Positions 41,926 through 52,318 of a stretch of 64,000 bases of DNA are shown piece by piece. Every line of letters starts with the position of its first letter. Positions within the stretch are counted from its first letter, which is position 1. The stretch spans positions 3,872,001 through 3,936,000 of the forward strand of contig CAWIPH010000002.1 of NCBI GenBank assembly GCA_963837955.1, given 5' to 3'. This stretch comes from an uncultured Verrucomicrobiae bacterium (lineage in GTDB: Bacteria > Verrucomicrobiota > Verrucomicrobiia > Chthoniobacterales > JAFAMB01). A model generated the notes under the pieces. That model was given only the letters and a program-made list of their open reading frames with translations. It was not told the DNA's origin and did no database searches. Both the position numbers and the translations under genes were made by a program.

Positions 41926-42411
41926 TTATACCTTTTCTCCGACGAACAATGCTTGGCGGAGTGCTTTCACATGCTCCGAAGGCTTCACCTTCTTCAAAAT
42001 CTGAGCGATGCGCTGATCCGGGCCGATGATGAACGTAGTCCTCTCCGCTCCGAAATATTTTTTGCCGTACATGCTTTTTTCGACCCAGACATGGTACGCC
42101 TCTACCAACTTTTTGTCGGCGTCGCTCAGGAGAGGAAACGGAAGCCCATTTTTTCTGATGAATTTCTGGTGGCTTTCGACACTGTCGACGCTCACCCCAA
42201 ACAGTTCAGCTTTCGATTGAATTTCGCCCCAGGTGTCGCGAATGTCGCACGCTTGTTGAGTACACCCGGGCGTACCGTCTTTAGGGTAGAAATAAAGGAC
42301 CAAGGTCGACCCTTTGAAATCAGCCAGCTTTACTGGTTGGCCGGCACCATAAATGCCTCCTACCGCAATTGCTTGAAAACTCGGAGCAGGATCACCAATC
42401 TGAAGTTCCAT
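41926..42411 (-). CDS. bcp: peroxiredoxin BCP/PrxQ
   Basis: LYFYPKDGTPGCTQQAC; start ATG 42411. Confidence 0.93.
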   Translation of the reverse strand: MELQIGDPAPSFQAIAVGGIYGAGQPVKLADFKGSTLVLYFYPKDGTPGCTQQACDIRDTWGEIQSKAELFGVSVDSVESHQKFIRKNGLPFPLLSDADKKLVEAYHVWVEKSMYGKKYFGAERTTFIIGPDQRIAQILKKVKPSEHVKALRQALFVGEKV

Positions 42412-42434
42412 AAACGGAGAGGAAGCTGTCACGC

Positions 42435-43619
42435 TTACCGATTCCGCGCAATCCACTTCAGGGCACCTTCTCCGGCAATGGTTCCGGTCACAAAACAGCC
42501 CTGCAACAAATAACCACCGGTCGGAGCATCCCAATCGATCATTTCTCCGGCGCAAAACATACCGGGAAATTTTTTCAGCATGAGATGATTATCAAGTTCA
42601 TCCCAGGCGAGTCCGCCTGCCGAAGAGATCGCTTCCTCCACCGGCCGCGGCACAACCAATTCCACTTCGCATCCCTTGACGCCGGCCAATAACGTTGAAA
42701 AATCGGAGAAACATCCCTTCTCTTCGAGCAGGGCGACCGCCGCAGCGCTAAGTCGCCAGCTCTTGACCGCAGACTCCCTCAGTGAATCCCCTTGCCGCCA
42801 TCGGCGGCGTAGTTCCGTTTCGTCCAAGTCCGGTTTGAGATCGATCGTAACTTTGTGGTCTTGCCGCAACTCTCGCGTGAGCTGATAAATTACTCCGCCT
42901 TCCAGCCCGTAGCGAGTGATCAATAGCTCGCCTCGAACGGTTCTCCCAGCGCAGGTAGCCGCCACGTTCTTGAGCGGTTTGCCGTCTGCGACTTCCAGGA
43001 AACTCGCCGACCAAGCACATTCCCATCCCACGTTCGAAGGCGTAAAGGGCGTGACGGAGATCCCCATGGTGTTGAATTGCTCCGCCCACGTTCCGTCTGA
43101 ACCGGTCTGGGGCCAGGAAGCGCCTCCTAACGCGAAGACGACGACCCCTCCGGTTTCGAAAGCAAATTCAGCACCTTTCTGAAAGACGACATCAAATGGA
43201 CGCTGCCCCAAAAGGTGATGGAACTTGTACCCGGTTCGAATGTCGCAGCCGAGTCGGTAGAGCCGCTCCAACCAGCGTTCCAGGATTTCCGGAGCTCGCA
43301 TTGACTTTGGAAATACTCGCCCGCTGGTGCCGACAAACGTACGAACTCCCAGCTCTTCAAACCAGGCTCGAAGCTCTTCTGGGCGAAACGACTGGAGCAT
43401 GCGCTCCCATCGTTTGGGCGCGTCATACCGGCTAACAAAGAGATCATCTGCCTCTGAGTGGGTGATATTGAGACCGCCCCGACCGGCAACTAAGAATTTA
43501 CGACCTAACGAAGGTTTCTGTTCAAAAATCCGGGTCTCAACCCCAGCGGTCGCCAAAATCTCAGCCGCTCGCAAACCAGCCGGTCCAGCCCCAATCACCA
43601 ACGCACCGTGTTGATTCAC
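42435..43619 (-). CDS. HI0933/BaiN-family flavoprotein
   Basis: IGAGPAGL, GRKFLVAGRGGLNITH, GEMIDWDAPTGGYLLQ. Confidence 0.92.
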   Translation of the reverse strand: MNQHGALVIGAGPAGLRAAEILATAGVETRIFEQKPSLGRKFLVAGRGGLNITHSEADDLFVSRYDAPKRWERMLQSFRPEELRAWFEELGVRTFVGTSGRVFPKSMRAPEILERWLERLYRLGCDIRTGYKFHHLLGQRPFDVVFQKGAEFAFETGGVVVFALGGASWPQTGSDGTWAEQFNTMGISVTPFTPSNVGWECAWSASFLEVADGKPLKNVAATCAGRTVRGELLITRYGLEGGVIYQLTRELRQDHKVTIDLKPDLDETELRRRWRQGDSLRESAVKSWRLSAAAVALLEEKGCFSDFSTLLAGVKGCEVELVVPRPVEEAISSAGGLAWDELDNHLMLKKFPGMFCAGEMIDWDAPTGGYLLQGCFVTGTIAGEGALKWIARNR

Positions 43620-44560
43620 CGGCTCAAATCCAGCATTCTTTCTATCGGTAAGACAGCCCGCCGCCGAACTGCCTCGGCGACTTCGATCTCAGGCTGAAGA
43701 AAATCAAGAGCATCTCGAAGTTTTTGCAGAGTATTCCGCTTCATGTACCGGCAGTCGGCACAGGAGCAATTGTCGGTCGGACCAGGAATAAAAGTCTTGT
43801 TGGGAACTTCTTTCTTAAGGCGATGAAGCATCCCGGATTCGGTAACGATGATGAAAGCCTCTGCGCTAGAGGATCGGCAGTAGCTCACCATCTTTTCCGT
43901 GGAACAAACTTCATCCGCTAGCATTCGGACGGCATACGTACACTCCGGGTGAGCCACGACAGGAGCATTTGGGTAGGCCTCGCGAATGGTGTTGATGCTG
44001 TTTTGGGTAAACTCGACATGCACGTAGCAAGCACCCCTCCAAAGATCCATTTTTCGTCCAGTCTTTTCCATGACCCACGAGCCGAGGTTTTGGTCAGGAA
44101 CGAAAAGGATATTCCGATCTGCCGGAGCGTTCTCAACCACTTTCACCGCATTACCACTGGTACAGATGATGTCCGAAAGTGCTTTCACTCCGGCACTGCA
44201 GTTGATGTAAGCAATGACGTAGTAATTCTCGTGCGCGTGTTTGCGCAAAAAAGCTTCCAACTGATCGGCCGGACACGAATCGGCCAGCGAGCAGCCGGCC
44301 TCGAGGTCTGGCAAGATTACTTTTTTCGTCGGATTGATGATCTTGGCGGTCTCCGCCATGAAGTGCACACCGCAAAAGACGATCACATCTGCATCGGCTT
44401 CTCTAGCGCGATAGCTCAGTCCAAGCGAGTCGCCTACGTAATCAGCGACATCCTGAATTTCCGGGACTTGATAGTTGTGCGCCAGAACGATCGCTCTTCG
44501 GTCGACCTTTAGTCTTTTGACCTCGGACGCAAGGTCATAACCTTCTTTCAATGCAACCAT
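43616..44560 (-). CDS. nadA: quinolinate synthase
   Basis: LAHNYQ, FCGVHFMAE, GCSLAD, AHPEC, CRYMK. Confidence 0.96.
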   Translation of the reverse strand: MVALKEGYDLASEVKRLKVDRRAIVLAHNYQVPEIQDVADYVGDSLGLSYRAREADADVIVFCGVHFMAETAKIINPTKKVILPDLEAGCSLADSCPADQLEAFLRKHAHENYYVIAYINCSAGVKALSDIICTSGNAVKVVENAPADRNILFVPDQNLGSWVMEKTGRKMDLWRGACYVHVEFTQNSINTIREAYPNAPVVAHPECTYAVRMLADEVCSTEKMVSYCRSSSAEAFIIVTESGMLHRLKKEVPNKTFIPGPTDNCSCADCRYMKRNTLQKLRDALDFLQPEIEVAEAVRRRAVLPIERMLDLSR

Positions 44561-45016
44561 GGTATCAATAATAGCTATAATATCGTTTCCACTCCCTCGG
44601 GTTCAATCTCGTTTTCTTTAGCCATTCGCCCTCGAGATAAACCCAACAGCCTTAACCTGCTACCGCTCTGGCGATTTAGCTTTTCCCGCGCTTGGTCTTC
44701 CCTACGACGCCGCGGCTGCCGCCGGTTGCGTAACTTTTAGTTACGACCCCAAATCTCGCATTCTCTCTTCGGCCCAACAAGGTCTAGTCCTTTCCCCGTT
44801 CTGCTTCCTCTGTTTCTGACCCGAATGTGCCTTTTCCCCGAAATCCGCGGCCTGGGCTGCATAGCCCCTAGACGGAAGCGCTGCGGGCAGGTTCGGTGGG
44901 CCGGTTGGCGATACTCTTGGGGACCGGCCAAGCGGCGCGGTTCTATTGCATCTCAGCTAGCCATCCTTTCTGGCGTATCTTTCATTCTCGCCCGGTTTCC
45001 GACTTCCGGAGGCTGC

Positions 45017-46195
45017 CTAGCCAATCACCAACGCATCCACTGTTTCTCCCGCTGCGACTTCCTGTTTCGGACCCAATCGAACAAGCGCCTGCGATTGCGT
45101 GAGCCCAAACAGCGCATGTGATTCTTGAGGACCAACTAATGCAAAGGAGTCGCCAGTCAGTTTCCCTCGCAGGTAATGCGGGCGATCTCCCTCGTTACGC
45201 AACGGTTGGGCTGTGACCACCTTTTTCCGAGGGTTCGATTCTCCGTTCCAGCCTTGAAGACGTAACAACGCAGGTCGAACGAAGAGCAGAAAAGTCACGT
45301 ACGCAGAGACCGGATTGCCGGGTAAACCAAAGATAAGCTTGCCGCCCAACCGACCAAATAAGAACGGCTTGCCCGGGCGGACCGCAACCCGCCAAAGCGC
45401 GATCTCTGCTCCCAGTTTTCGGAGCATTGGTTTCACGAGATCTTTTTCGCCCACCGATACTCCGCCCGCGACCACCAGTACATCCGATCGCAACGCTTCA
45501 CTCAGGTTCTGCAAGTGCGCCTCTTCCTCGTCCGGAACTGGATCGAATTGAATCGGTACCGCGCCACTTTGCCGGATCAATTCGGCGAGCATGATCCCGT
45601 TAGTCTCATAGATTTCCCCGGGACCGAGCGTTTCGCCTAGTTTCCGCAGTTCGCTTCCGGTTACGACAATGCTCACGAGCGGACGACGGTAAACGCTTAC
45701 CCGGCTCAGCCCTTGCGAAGCAAACAAACCTAGCCGTTGCGCGTTCAGGCGCGCACCGGCTTCAGCGATCTTTTGTCCCTCGCAAAGATCACCACCCCGT
45801 ACACGGACGTTTTCACCTGAGTGCAGCTCCGCTCGTGCGATGATCTCGTTCTCGACTCGTTCCGCGTCTTCCTGCATCAAAACAGCATCGGCACCTTCTG
45901 GTAGTGGCGCTCCGGTGAAGATTCTCACAGCCCGACCGGATTCGACTCGAAGTTGCTGGTCAAGTCCGGCTGATTGTTCGCCCACTACAGTCAAGCGCGC
46001 TCCCGGCCGAACTTCCTGAGCGATAACGGCATAGCCGTCCATCGACGAATTGTTAAACGCGGGCAGTGCAATCTTGGCAAACGTGGTGGTCGCCAAAATG
46101 CGATCGCCGACCTGGCCAAGTGGTAGTTCTTCGGCGGCCAGAGTTTGGGTCGCATCCAGGATGCGCTGCAGGGTTTCTTGCTCAGTGAGCAACAT
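45017..46195 (-). CDS. moeA: molybdopterin molybdotransferase
   Basis: SSMDGYA, TGAPLP, GGVSVGEKD, PGKP, GLPGNPVS. Confidence 0.95.
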   Translation of the reverse strand: MLLTEQETLQRILDATQTLAAEELPLGQVGDRILATTTFAKIALPAFNNSSMDGYAVIAQEVRPGARLTVVGEQSAGLDQQLRVESGRAVRIFTGAPLPEGADAVLMQEDAERVENEIIARAELHSGENVRVRGGDLCEGQKIAEAGARLNAQRLGLFASQGLSRVSVYRRPLVSIVVTGSELRKLGETLGPGEIYETNGIMLAELIRQSGAVPIQFDPVPDEEEAHLQNLSEALRSDVLVVAGGVSVGEKDLVKPMLRKLGAEIALWRVAVRPGKPFLFGRLGGKLIFGLPGNPVSAYVTFLLFVRPALLRLQGWNGESNPRKKVVTAQPLRNEGDRPHYLRGKLTGDSFALVGPQESHALFGLTQSQALVRLGPKQEVAAGETVDALVIG

Positions 46196-48749
46196 CGGAG
46201 TGATTTACCATTGGCTTCAGGTCAAACGGCCCAGTTAGACGAAGATCTCGCGAGGAGGCGCCTACCTCAAGTTCATATCTGCCAGCGTCAGTTTTAAACT
46301 GATGAGTTACCGGATCGAAGTGCTGAAAGGCCCTCGGATCGACCGCGAAGTCGACCTCTTTTTTTTCGCCCGGGTTTAACCAAACTTTGAGAAAACCTTT
46401 GAGCTCGCGCACTGGCCGCTCCACCGTCGGATCGAGCGGGTGAACATACAATTGAGCGATCTCTGCACCTGGCCTGTCTCCGACGTTCGTAATCTCACAT
46501 CTTACTTGAACCGGCTCTCCGACTGATGCAGTCCGGGGACCAATCTCTAGATTGGAATACTCAAATTGGGTGTAGGAGAGGCCGAATCCAAAGGGAAATC
46601 GAGGTTCGATCGCGAAGTGATCATAGCCCCGATAGCCTACGAAGATGCCTTCCCCATAGTTAACGGTTTCTCCGCCGTCCCGTGACGGATAATTCGCCGC
46701 TGCCGGATTGTCCGCGAACGTCTTCTCAAACGTGACTGGCAACTTACCCGATGGGTTTATTTCGCCGTCCAGTACTGTCGCCAACGCACGTCCACCTTCC
46801 TGCCCCGGATACCAAGCGTGCAACAATACCGGGACCTTATCCAACCAAGAAGTCATATCGACATTGCCGCCGGCAAATAAGATCACCGCAGTCCGTGGAT
46901 TTTTCTCCGCCACATTTCTAATCAATGCGTCTTGCAGGTCGGGTAACGCGAATGTGCGATCTGCACCTTCTCCCTCAGTTCCGTCGTCGAATCCGGCGCC
47001 GACAATTGCGACGTCGTAGTCGCTAATCGTGTCGGGTACTGCCAACGAGGCCCAAGCGAACTGAGCAACTGCTCCGCCGCCGTTGTTATGATAGTCGATG
47101 CGAAGCTCGTAGGTTTTTCCGGCTTCCAAACGACGGGTAGCTGCGACGGTCCGTGGAGCGTGGTCTGCCCAATCATCAATGATCAATTCGCCGTTCAAAA
47201 AGACGCGGATGCCATCATCCGAACGGGCCCGAAAAACGTGTGGTCCAGCATCGGAGGCGCGAATCAATCCTGTCCAGCGAACAGAAAATCGATCTGAGGA
47301 GAGCTGTGGTAGCGAGGCACCGGTCAGCCAATCAAAATCAACTTGCGAATCGATCCGGGTGGCAACCGGCCGGCCCGACAAAGTCGGGTTATCGAAGTAT
47401 TCCCCTTTTAGTCCAGGTTCCAAGTTTCCAGCTTCGTCCGAGTGAAGAAACTGGGCGGTCTTAAATGAGCCGACCCCAGCATCAAAGTAGTCGATCTTTA
47501 CTTGCGAACCGAACACTTCACGCAAGCCATCTAGCAGGCTTACCGAGTTGGCCGGGTGCACGAATGAACTTCCCCAACCGGTTGGAACCCCAGGATGCGC
47601 ATCGGGACCCAACACCGCGATGCTGCGTACTTTCTTGCGATCAAGCGGCAGCATCTTTCCCTCATTCTTTAGCAGGACTATTCCTTCCTGGGCAACAGCT
47701 AGCGCGGTTGCCGCACTCATTGGATCTGCCTCCGGAATGGTCGGATCCAACTGGGGTCGGTCCAGGAAACCGTTGCGAACAATTAATCGCAGAATTCTTC
47801 GGACCTTGTCATCAATTTGACTGAGTGACAGCTGTTGTTTCGTCAATAAAGACAAGAGCGTCCTCGGGTTGAAATAGGTTCCCGAAGGCATCTCGAGATC
47901 GAGCCCGCCGGTGGCTGCAGCCAACGTATCATGAGTCGCACCCCAATCGGACATTAATACGCCAGGGAATCCCCACTCGGACTTTAGCACCTGCAGATTG
48001 AGAAATCGGCTCTCGGTGCAGAATGAACCGTTCACTCGATTGTAAGCATCCATCACTGCTCCCGCTTTTCCTTCTTTGACCGCAGCCTCGAATGCCGGCA
48101 AATAAATCTCTCGAAGAGGGCGTTCGTCTACCACTGCGCTGATTCCCATGCGATTGAACTCCTGGTTGTTGACCGCAAAATGTTTCACGGTCGCCACCAC
48201 GCCCTGGCTCTGCACCCCGCGAACAAACGGTACGACCAGCTGACTCGCCAAATAAGGATCTTCACCGGCGAGATACTCAAAGTTTCTTCCGCATACGGGC
48301 ACTCGGTTAATATTCACTCCGGGAGCAAGCAGAATATGGATGCCACGCGCCCGGCAATCACGGCCCATGGCAACGCCCTCCTTCGCGACCAGCAACGGAT
48401 TCCAAGTCGCGGCTAAAGCTATCCCGGCAGGATACCGCGTGCTCGGGCGATCCTGGCGGACGCCGATGGGACCATCGCTCATTCGGATCTCAGGCAGTCC
48501 AAGTCGCGGGATAGGCCGAATCGACATCGCATGAATCCCGCCGATGTACTCAAGCTTCTCCTTCAAGGTCATACGCGCGAGCAACTCTTCAGCGCGTTGA
48601 TCCAATTGGTCGGCCCGGGCGTTCACGCCGCCGATGCTTGGGCCGATTATCGAAACCAGCGCAACCGAGCTCGCGATCCGTCGCGCGATTCCTGCCACGA
48701 CCGATTTGATCCACCGTTTAGCGGAATGAGGAGTAAGCGAAAGAAACAT
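46182..48749 (-). CDS. GH3 beta-glucosidase with PA14 and Fn3-like domains
   Basis: SDGPIG, GRNFEY, KHF, MSDWG, PA14 insert (SDDGIR), FPFGFGLSYT. Confidence 0.95.
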   Translation of the reverse strand: MFLSLTPHSAKRWIKSVVAGIARRIASSVALVSIIGPSIGGVNARADQLDQRAEELLARMTLKEKLEYIGGIHAMSIRPIPRLGLPEIRMSDGPIGVRQDRPSTRYPAGIALAATWNPLLVAKEGVAMGRDCRARGIHILLAPGVNINRVPVCGRNFEYLAGEDPYLASQLVVPFVRGVQSQGVVATVKHFAVNNQEFNRMGISAVVDERPLREIYLPAFEAAVKEGKAGAVMDAYNRVNGSFCTESRFLNLQVLKSEWGFPGVLMSDWGATHDTLAAATGGLDLEMPSGTYFNPRTLLSLLTKQQLSLSQIDDKVRRILRLIVRNGFLDRPQLDPTIPEADPMSAATALAVAQEGIVLLKNEGKMLPLDRKKVRSIAVLGPDAHPGVPTGWGSSFVHPANSVSLLDGLREVFGSQVKIDYFDAGVGSFKTAQFLHSDEAGNLEPGLKGEYFDNPTLSGRPVATRIDSQVDFDWLTGASLPQLSSDRFSVRWTGLIRASDAGPHVFRARSDDGIRVFLNGELIIDDWADHAPRTVAATRRLEAGKTYELRIDYHNNGGGAVAQFAWASLAVPDTISDYDVAIVGAGFDDGTEGEGADRTFALPDLQDALIRNVAEKNPRTAVILFAGGNVDMTSWLDKVPVLLHAWYPGQEGGRALATVLDGEINPSGKLPVTFEKTFADNPAAANYPSRDGGETVNYGEGIFVGYRGYDHFAIEPRFPFGFGLSYTQFEYSNLEIGPRTASVGEPVQVRCEITNVGDRPGAEIAQLYVHPLDPTVERPVRELKGFLKVWLNPGEKKEVDFAVDPRAFQHFDPVTHQFKTDAGRYELEVGASSRDLRLTGPFDLKPMVNHSDVAH

Positions 48750-49004
48750 CAGAAAAAACCTGGTTCAAGTGAGGTCCCTCGGTACGAGTGAACGAGAGAT
48801 TTCCTTTGTCAACGAACGGCTGAGGTTATTCGCCTAAAGGTGAGAACGGATCTCGGCTCCAGGCTGGAGCTGGTGGCGATAGTTCCTTAGCGCGTTGGGC
48901 GACTGCCAGAACAGGGGAATCGGGCTGCGAGACGTCGAATTGAAGCAGCCGTGTCCAGTTACTCCAATTCGCCGCGGTCCCGGAAAGCTGATGCCCGTCT
49001 CATG

Positions 49005-49345
49005 CGCCTCAACATAGGGCTCGCTATCAGGCTCACAAATTTGAACCAACGGATGAAGAAATCCGTCCCGGAGGGACCAATGAAAGTAGCCCAGTACGAA
49101 GTGCTGGGAAATGATGCAAAGAGGCGCGTCCGTCCCGGAGGGACGATCGAAATGCTCGGTTCTGGCCTCGGATGCTCCTTCCAGAGCACAAGCAACCATC
49201 GATCGTCCCATCCGGGACGCGTCGCTCTAAAAAAGACGACCCAGCAATAAATTGCTGGGCTACTTTCATTGGTCCCTCCGGGACCGATTTCTTCAACCCT
49301 TGGCTCAGCTTTGTGATCCTGGTTGCGACCTAATGTTGACGCGCT
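49005..49345. mobile_element. about 340 bp nested imperfect inverted repeat (MITE-like)
   Basis: GTCCCGGAGGGACCAATGAAAGTAGCCCAG ... CTGGGCTACTTTCATTGGTCCCTCCGGGAC arms with internal CCCAG hairpins. Confidence 0.75.
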
Positions 49346-49364
49346 GGGCAACCGCAAGGCCGAA

Positions 49365-49931
49365 CTATGATGAATCGCGGGCTCGCGAAATTTGTCCATC
49401 CGAACTTGGAAGCGGCTTGATACTCTGACCAATCTCCCTCAGATCCTTCTCGTACTTTTTCTCCCCTTCCGGCGACGCCCAGTAAGTTAGCAAGAGGCCT
49501 TTTTGAGGCGTCACCATCACGATGCTGAGACTCACATTGCAGGCCCCCTCAGAGTCTTTTCCATCCCAACTGACGTCAACCACATCGAGCCCGTTTACCT
49601 TGGCCTTTGTTTTTTTGACAGAGACCACATCGACTGTCACCCCCTTCTTAGCCAGTTGCTTCATCGCCTGCATCATCGAACTGGTGGCATCATCAGCGCT
49701 CGCAATGTCAGTAGCTTCGATCGCGATATAAACTGTCCCATCATCCGAAGTGGCTTCGACACCATTTTCATACTCGGATGGGTTCCAAGAAGCAGGAATG
49801 GTAAAAGAGGCAACCGGGTTAACGTCCGGCAATGTGAAATCGTTGGCCCGCACGGAGACGGTCAGCGCGGCTCCAGTAATTACGGAAAGTACGAATCTTT
49901 GCACTTCGCCGCTTTTTATCAGGGCTGCCAA
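49365..49931 (-). CDS. hypothetical secreted protein
   Basis: Signal-like segment; ASFTIPASW, LLLTYWAS; start uncertain. Confidence 0.75.
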   Translation of the reverse strand: MAALIKSGEVQRFVLSVITGAALTVSVRANDFTLPDVNPVASFTIPASWNPSEYENGVEATSDDGTVYIAIEATDIASADDATSSMMQAMKQLAKKGVTVDVVSVKKTKAKVNGLDVVDVSWDGKDSEGACNVSLSIVMVTPQKGLLLTYWASPEGEKKYEKDLREIGQSIKPLPSSDGQISRARDSS

Positions 49932-50228
49932 GTAGGCGTCAAGACAGGCGCACCGAGCGCGGCTAAATGGCTCGCAATCTCGAAAAATAGCAATCTTCCA
50001 GAAAAGTTGACCAATCGGTACAGTTTTGCCTTGATTTTTCAGCCAACCTCCCTAAGGCTAAGGGGGTCGGTATACTAGATGGTCAATCATGCACTCCGTA
50101 CGGTTCGCTACACCAGTTCAGCCAACTCAGCGATTGCTTGGCGAGCGCGCCGGGAATAGGAACCTTCTGCAATCTGCGCGGCGCCATGTTTATCAGGCAT
50201 CGCCAAAAGCTATCCGGCGTCGCCCCTG

Positions 50229-51452
50229 ATGGATTCCTCTTTGACCACCGTTGCTGGTTCGCCCCCGCATAGCCAGGCTGACCGAACGAGCGAAAACGTC
50301 AACACCATCGGACCCTCGTTCCCTTTGATTTTCCTCTTAGCCACGACCGCCGGCCTTGTGGTGATGAATATCTATTACAATCAACCGATCCTGAACGCGA
50401 TCGGCAGCTCGCTCAACGTCAATGCATCCGCTGTGGCCTGGGTCTCGACCGCTACCCAGCTTGGCTATGCAGCGGGACTCCTATTCATTTTGCCAATCGG
50501 AGACAGCGTCGACCGAAAATTGCTAATTACAGTGACGACTCTACTTTCTTCACTCGCTCTCGTGACGATTCCGTTGTCGTCCAATCTGCCGGTGATGCTG
50601 GTTTCCAGCTTCGCCGTTGGAGTCACCTCAGTGACTCCGCAGCTCGTTGTGCCATATGCTGCAAGCCTGGTTCCCGGAACGGGCCGCGGCAAAGTGGTCG
50701 GTATCGTGATGAGCGGATTGCTTATAGGGATTCTCGCTTCACGGAGTGTGAGCGGATTTATCGCCAGCCGGCTGTCGTGGCACACCGTCTTCTGGGTGGC
50801 GGCCGGCGCGATGCTTCTGCTTGGCGGGGTCCTATGGGTAGCGCTTCCATCGCAACCGACCCGCAGCACTACTTCTTACGGGCGTTTGCTCGCATCCTTG
50901 CCATCTCTCTTAAGATCGGAGCCGATCATCCGACGTCATAGTGCGATTGGCGCTCTCGGCTTCGGAACCTTCGGCGCTTTCTGGACAACGCTTGCTTTCT
51001 ATCTTCACTCACGGCCGGAGCACTATGGTAGCGACGTGACCGGGATGTTTGGCCTGGTGGCGATCACCGGCGCTTTGGTCGCACCTTTGGCCGGCCATTT
51101 TGCCGAGAAATACAGTCCTCGAAGGATCAACGGGATGTTCTTGCTTCTCGTTCTCTTTGCTTTCGTCACGATGTTGTTCAGCGGTCAGAACACTCTCCTG
51201 CTGCTGGGCGCAGGCGTCCTTCTATTGGATGCCGGAGTTCAAGGAAATCAGATCGCCAATCAAGCCAGGATCTATTCTTTAGCGCCTGCGCTCCATAGCC
51301 GAATTAATTCGGTGTATATGGTGATCTACTTCTTGGGTGGCGCACTCGGATCGATAATCGGAGCTCAAGCCTGGGCGCTGGCCGGATGGCCCGGAGTCTG
51401 TGCCACTGGGATGGTGCTCGCGGCGGCAGCGTTAGTAGTTCTTTGGCTTTAG
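50229..51452 (+). CDS. MFS transporter (YnfM/YdeE-like)
   Basis: NIYYNQP, TQLGYAAGL, SGLLIGILASR, RINSVYM. Confidence 0.93.
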   Translation: MDSSLTTVAGSPPHSQADRTSENVNTIGPSFPLIFLLATTAGLVVMNIYYNQPILNAIGSSLNVNASAVAWVSTATQLGYAAGLLFILPIGDSVDRKLLITVTTLLSSLALVTIPLSSNLPVMLVSSFAVGVTSVTPQLVVPYAASLVPGTGRGKVVGIVMSGLLIGILASRSVSGFIASRLSWHTVFWVAAGAMLLLGGVLWVALPSQPTRSTTSYGRLLASLPSLLRSEPIIRRHSAIGALGFGTFGAFWTTLAFYLHSRPEHYGSDVTGMFGLVAITGALVAPLAGHFAEKYSPRRINGMFLLLVLFAFVTMLFSGQNTLLLLGAGVLLLDAGVQGNQIANQARIYSLAPALHSRINSVYMVIYFLGGALGSIIGAQAWALAGWPGVCATGMVLAAAALVVLWL

Positions 51453-51480
51453 GCTGATTCTTCCGGGACGACGAATTCAA

Positions 51481-51508
51481 CGGTGAGGCAGGGATTCGAA
51501 CCCTGGGT
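51481..51508 (-). other. att-like tRNA-Ser 3' fragment
   Basis: CGGTGAGGCAGGGATTCGAACCCTGGGT identical to 59606-59633; no tRNA 5' half. Confidence 0.85.
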
Positions 51509-51817
51509 CCAACATAACGTTTCCAATGCAGCCCCACTGTTCGAGCGGGTGGCAGAAGTCTTCGGAGGGTTGCTCATTCCTCCTGAGAAAACAGGGAGTG
51601 TAAGCCAACGATAGTAGGCGACTTCTGGCTGAAAATGGCCTATTTTCTTTTGACCTAGAATCTCGATTCTACGCGGTTGTCTCAAGAGCTGCTCAAGTGG
51701 CCTAGCGTTAAATCCACGCCGATCGAAGTCCCAGGAACCGAAACGGCCAAAAGGCCGCGAAAGTGTTCAAAGAGCAGAAAGCATTGAAATGGCGTTCTTA
51801 CGCCTAGTAGGTATCAA

Positions 51818-52078
51818 ATGAACGAATTCACAGCCAAAAACGAGCAGGCCTTTCTTGACGCCTGCGGAGCAATAGGTGTTGAGCCTAACGCAATGATTGA
51901 GCCGCATAAAGAGCGATACCTTGTGTCGGAATTCTTAAAAGATCCAGTGTCGTGGCTGAAAACTGAGCTCCTGTATTACTCTTACACGACGCCGGAAGAG
52001 GCCCAGAAGGTCGCCAACGGCATCGATCGAATGATCAGTGCTCCAAATAGTGTTCACCGGGTTCTCATCGGGGCGTGA
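51818..52078 (+). CDS. hypothetical protein
   Basis: ATG ORF, 86 aa, protein-like composition. Confidence 0.55.
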   Translation: MNEFTAKNEQAFLDACGAIGVEPNAMIEPHKERYLVSEFLKDPVSWLKTELLYYSYTTPEEAQKVANGIDRMISAPNSVHRVLIGA

Positions 52079-52318
52079 TCGAGCAGACGGGGCGCCGAGC
52101 TTTTGGATGATCCGCTCGCACAACACAAAGGACGGGTCGTTCAGTCGTGCCGGCGAAAAGCTCTCGACGGAACTGGGAGAAATGACTGTCGGCTTTAGGT
52201 TCGGCAAACACGTCCCCTGGGCAAAGGCATCTAACTTGACCTTGGCAAGAGAGCGCCTCGCTCAGCGTTAATCAATGAATTTAGCAATGAAGTTAACCCC
52301 CAGAGAAAAACGGAAGAT

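Noticed and set aside
44620..45010. Gene or ncRNA between moeA and nadA
   Set aside because: Only short ORFs without motifs and a small hairpin; no supportable call
48834..49432. ORFs across the inverted repeat
   Set aside because: Similar peptides on both strands reflect the palindrome
51481..51570. Complete tRNA on minus strand
   Set aside because: No D-arm, anticodon arm or GGTGAGG 5' strand; same for 59606
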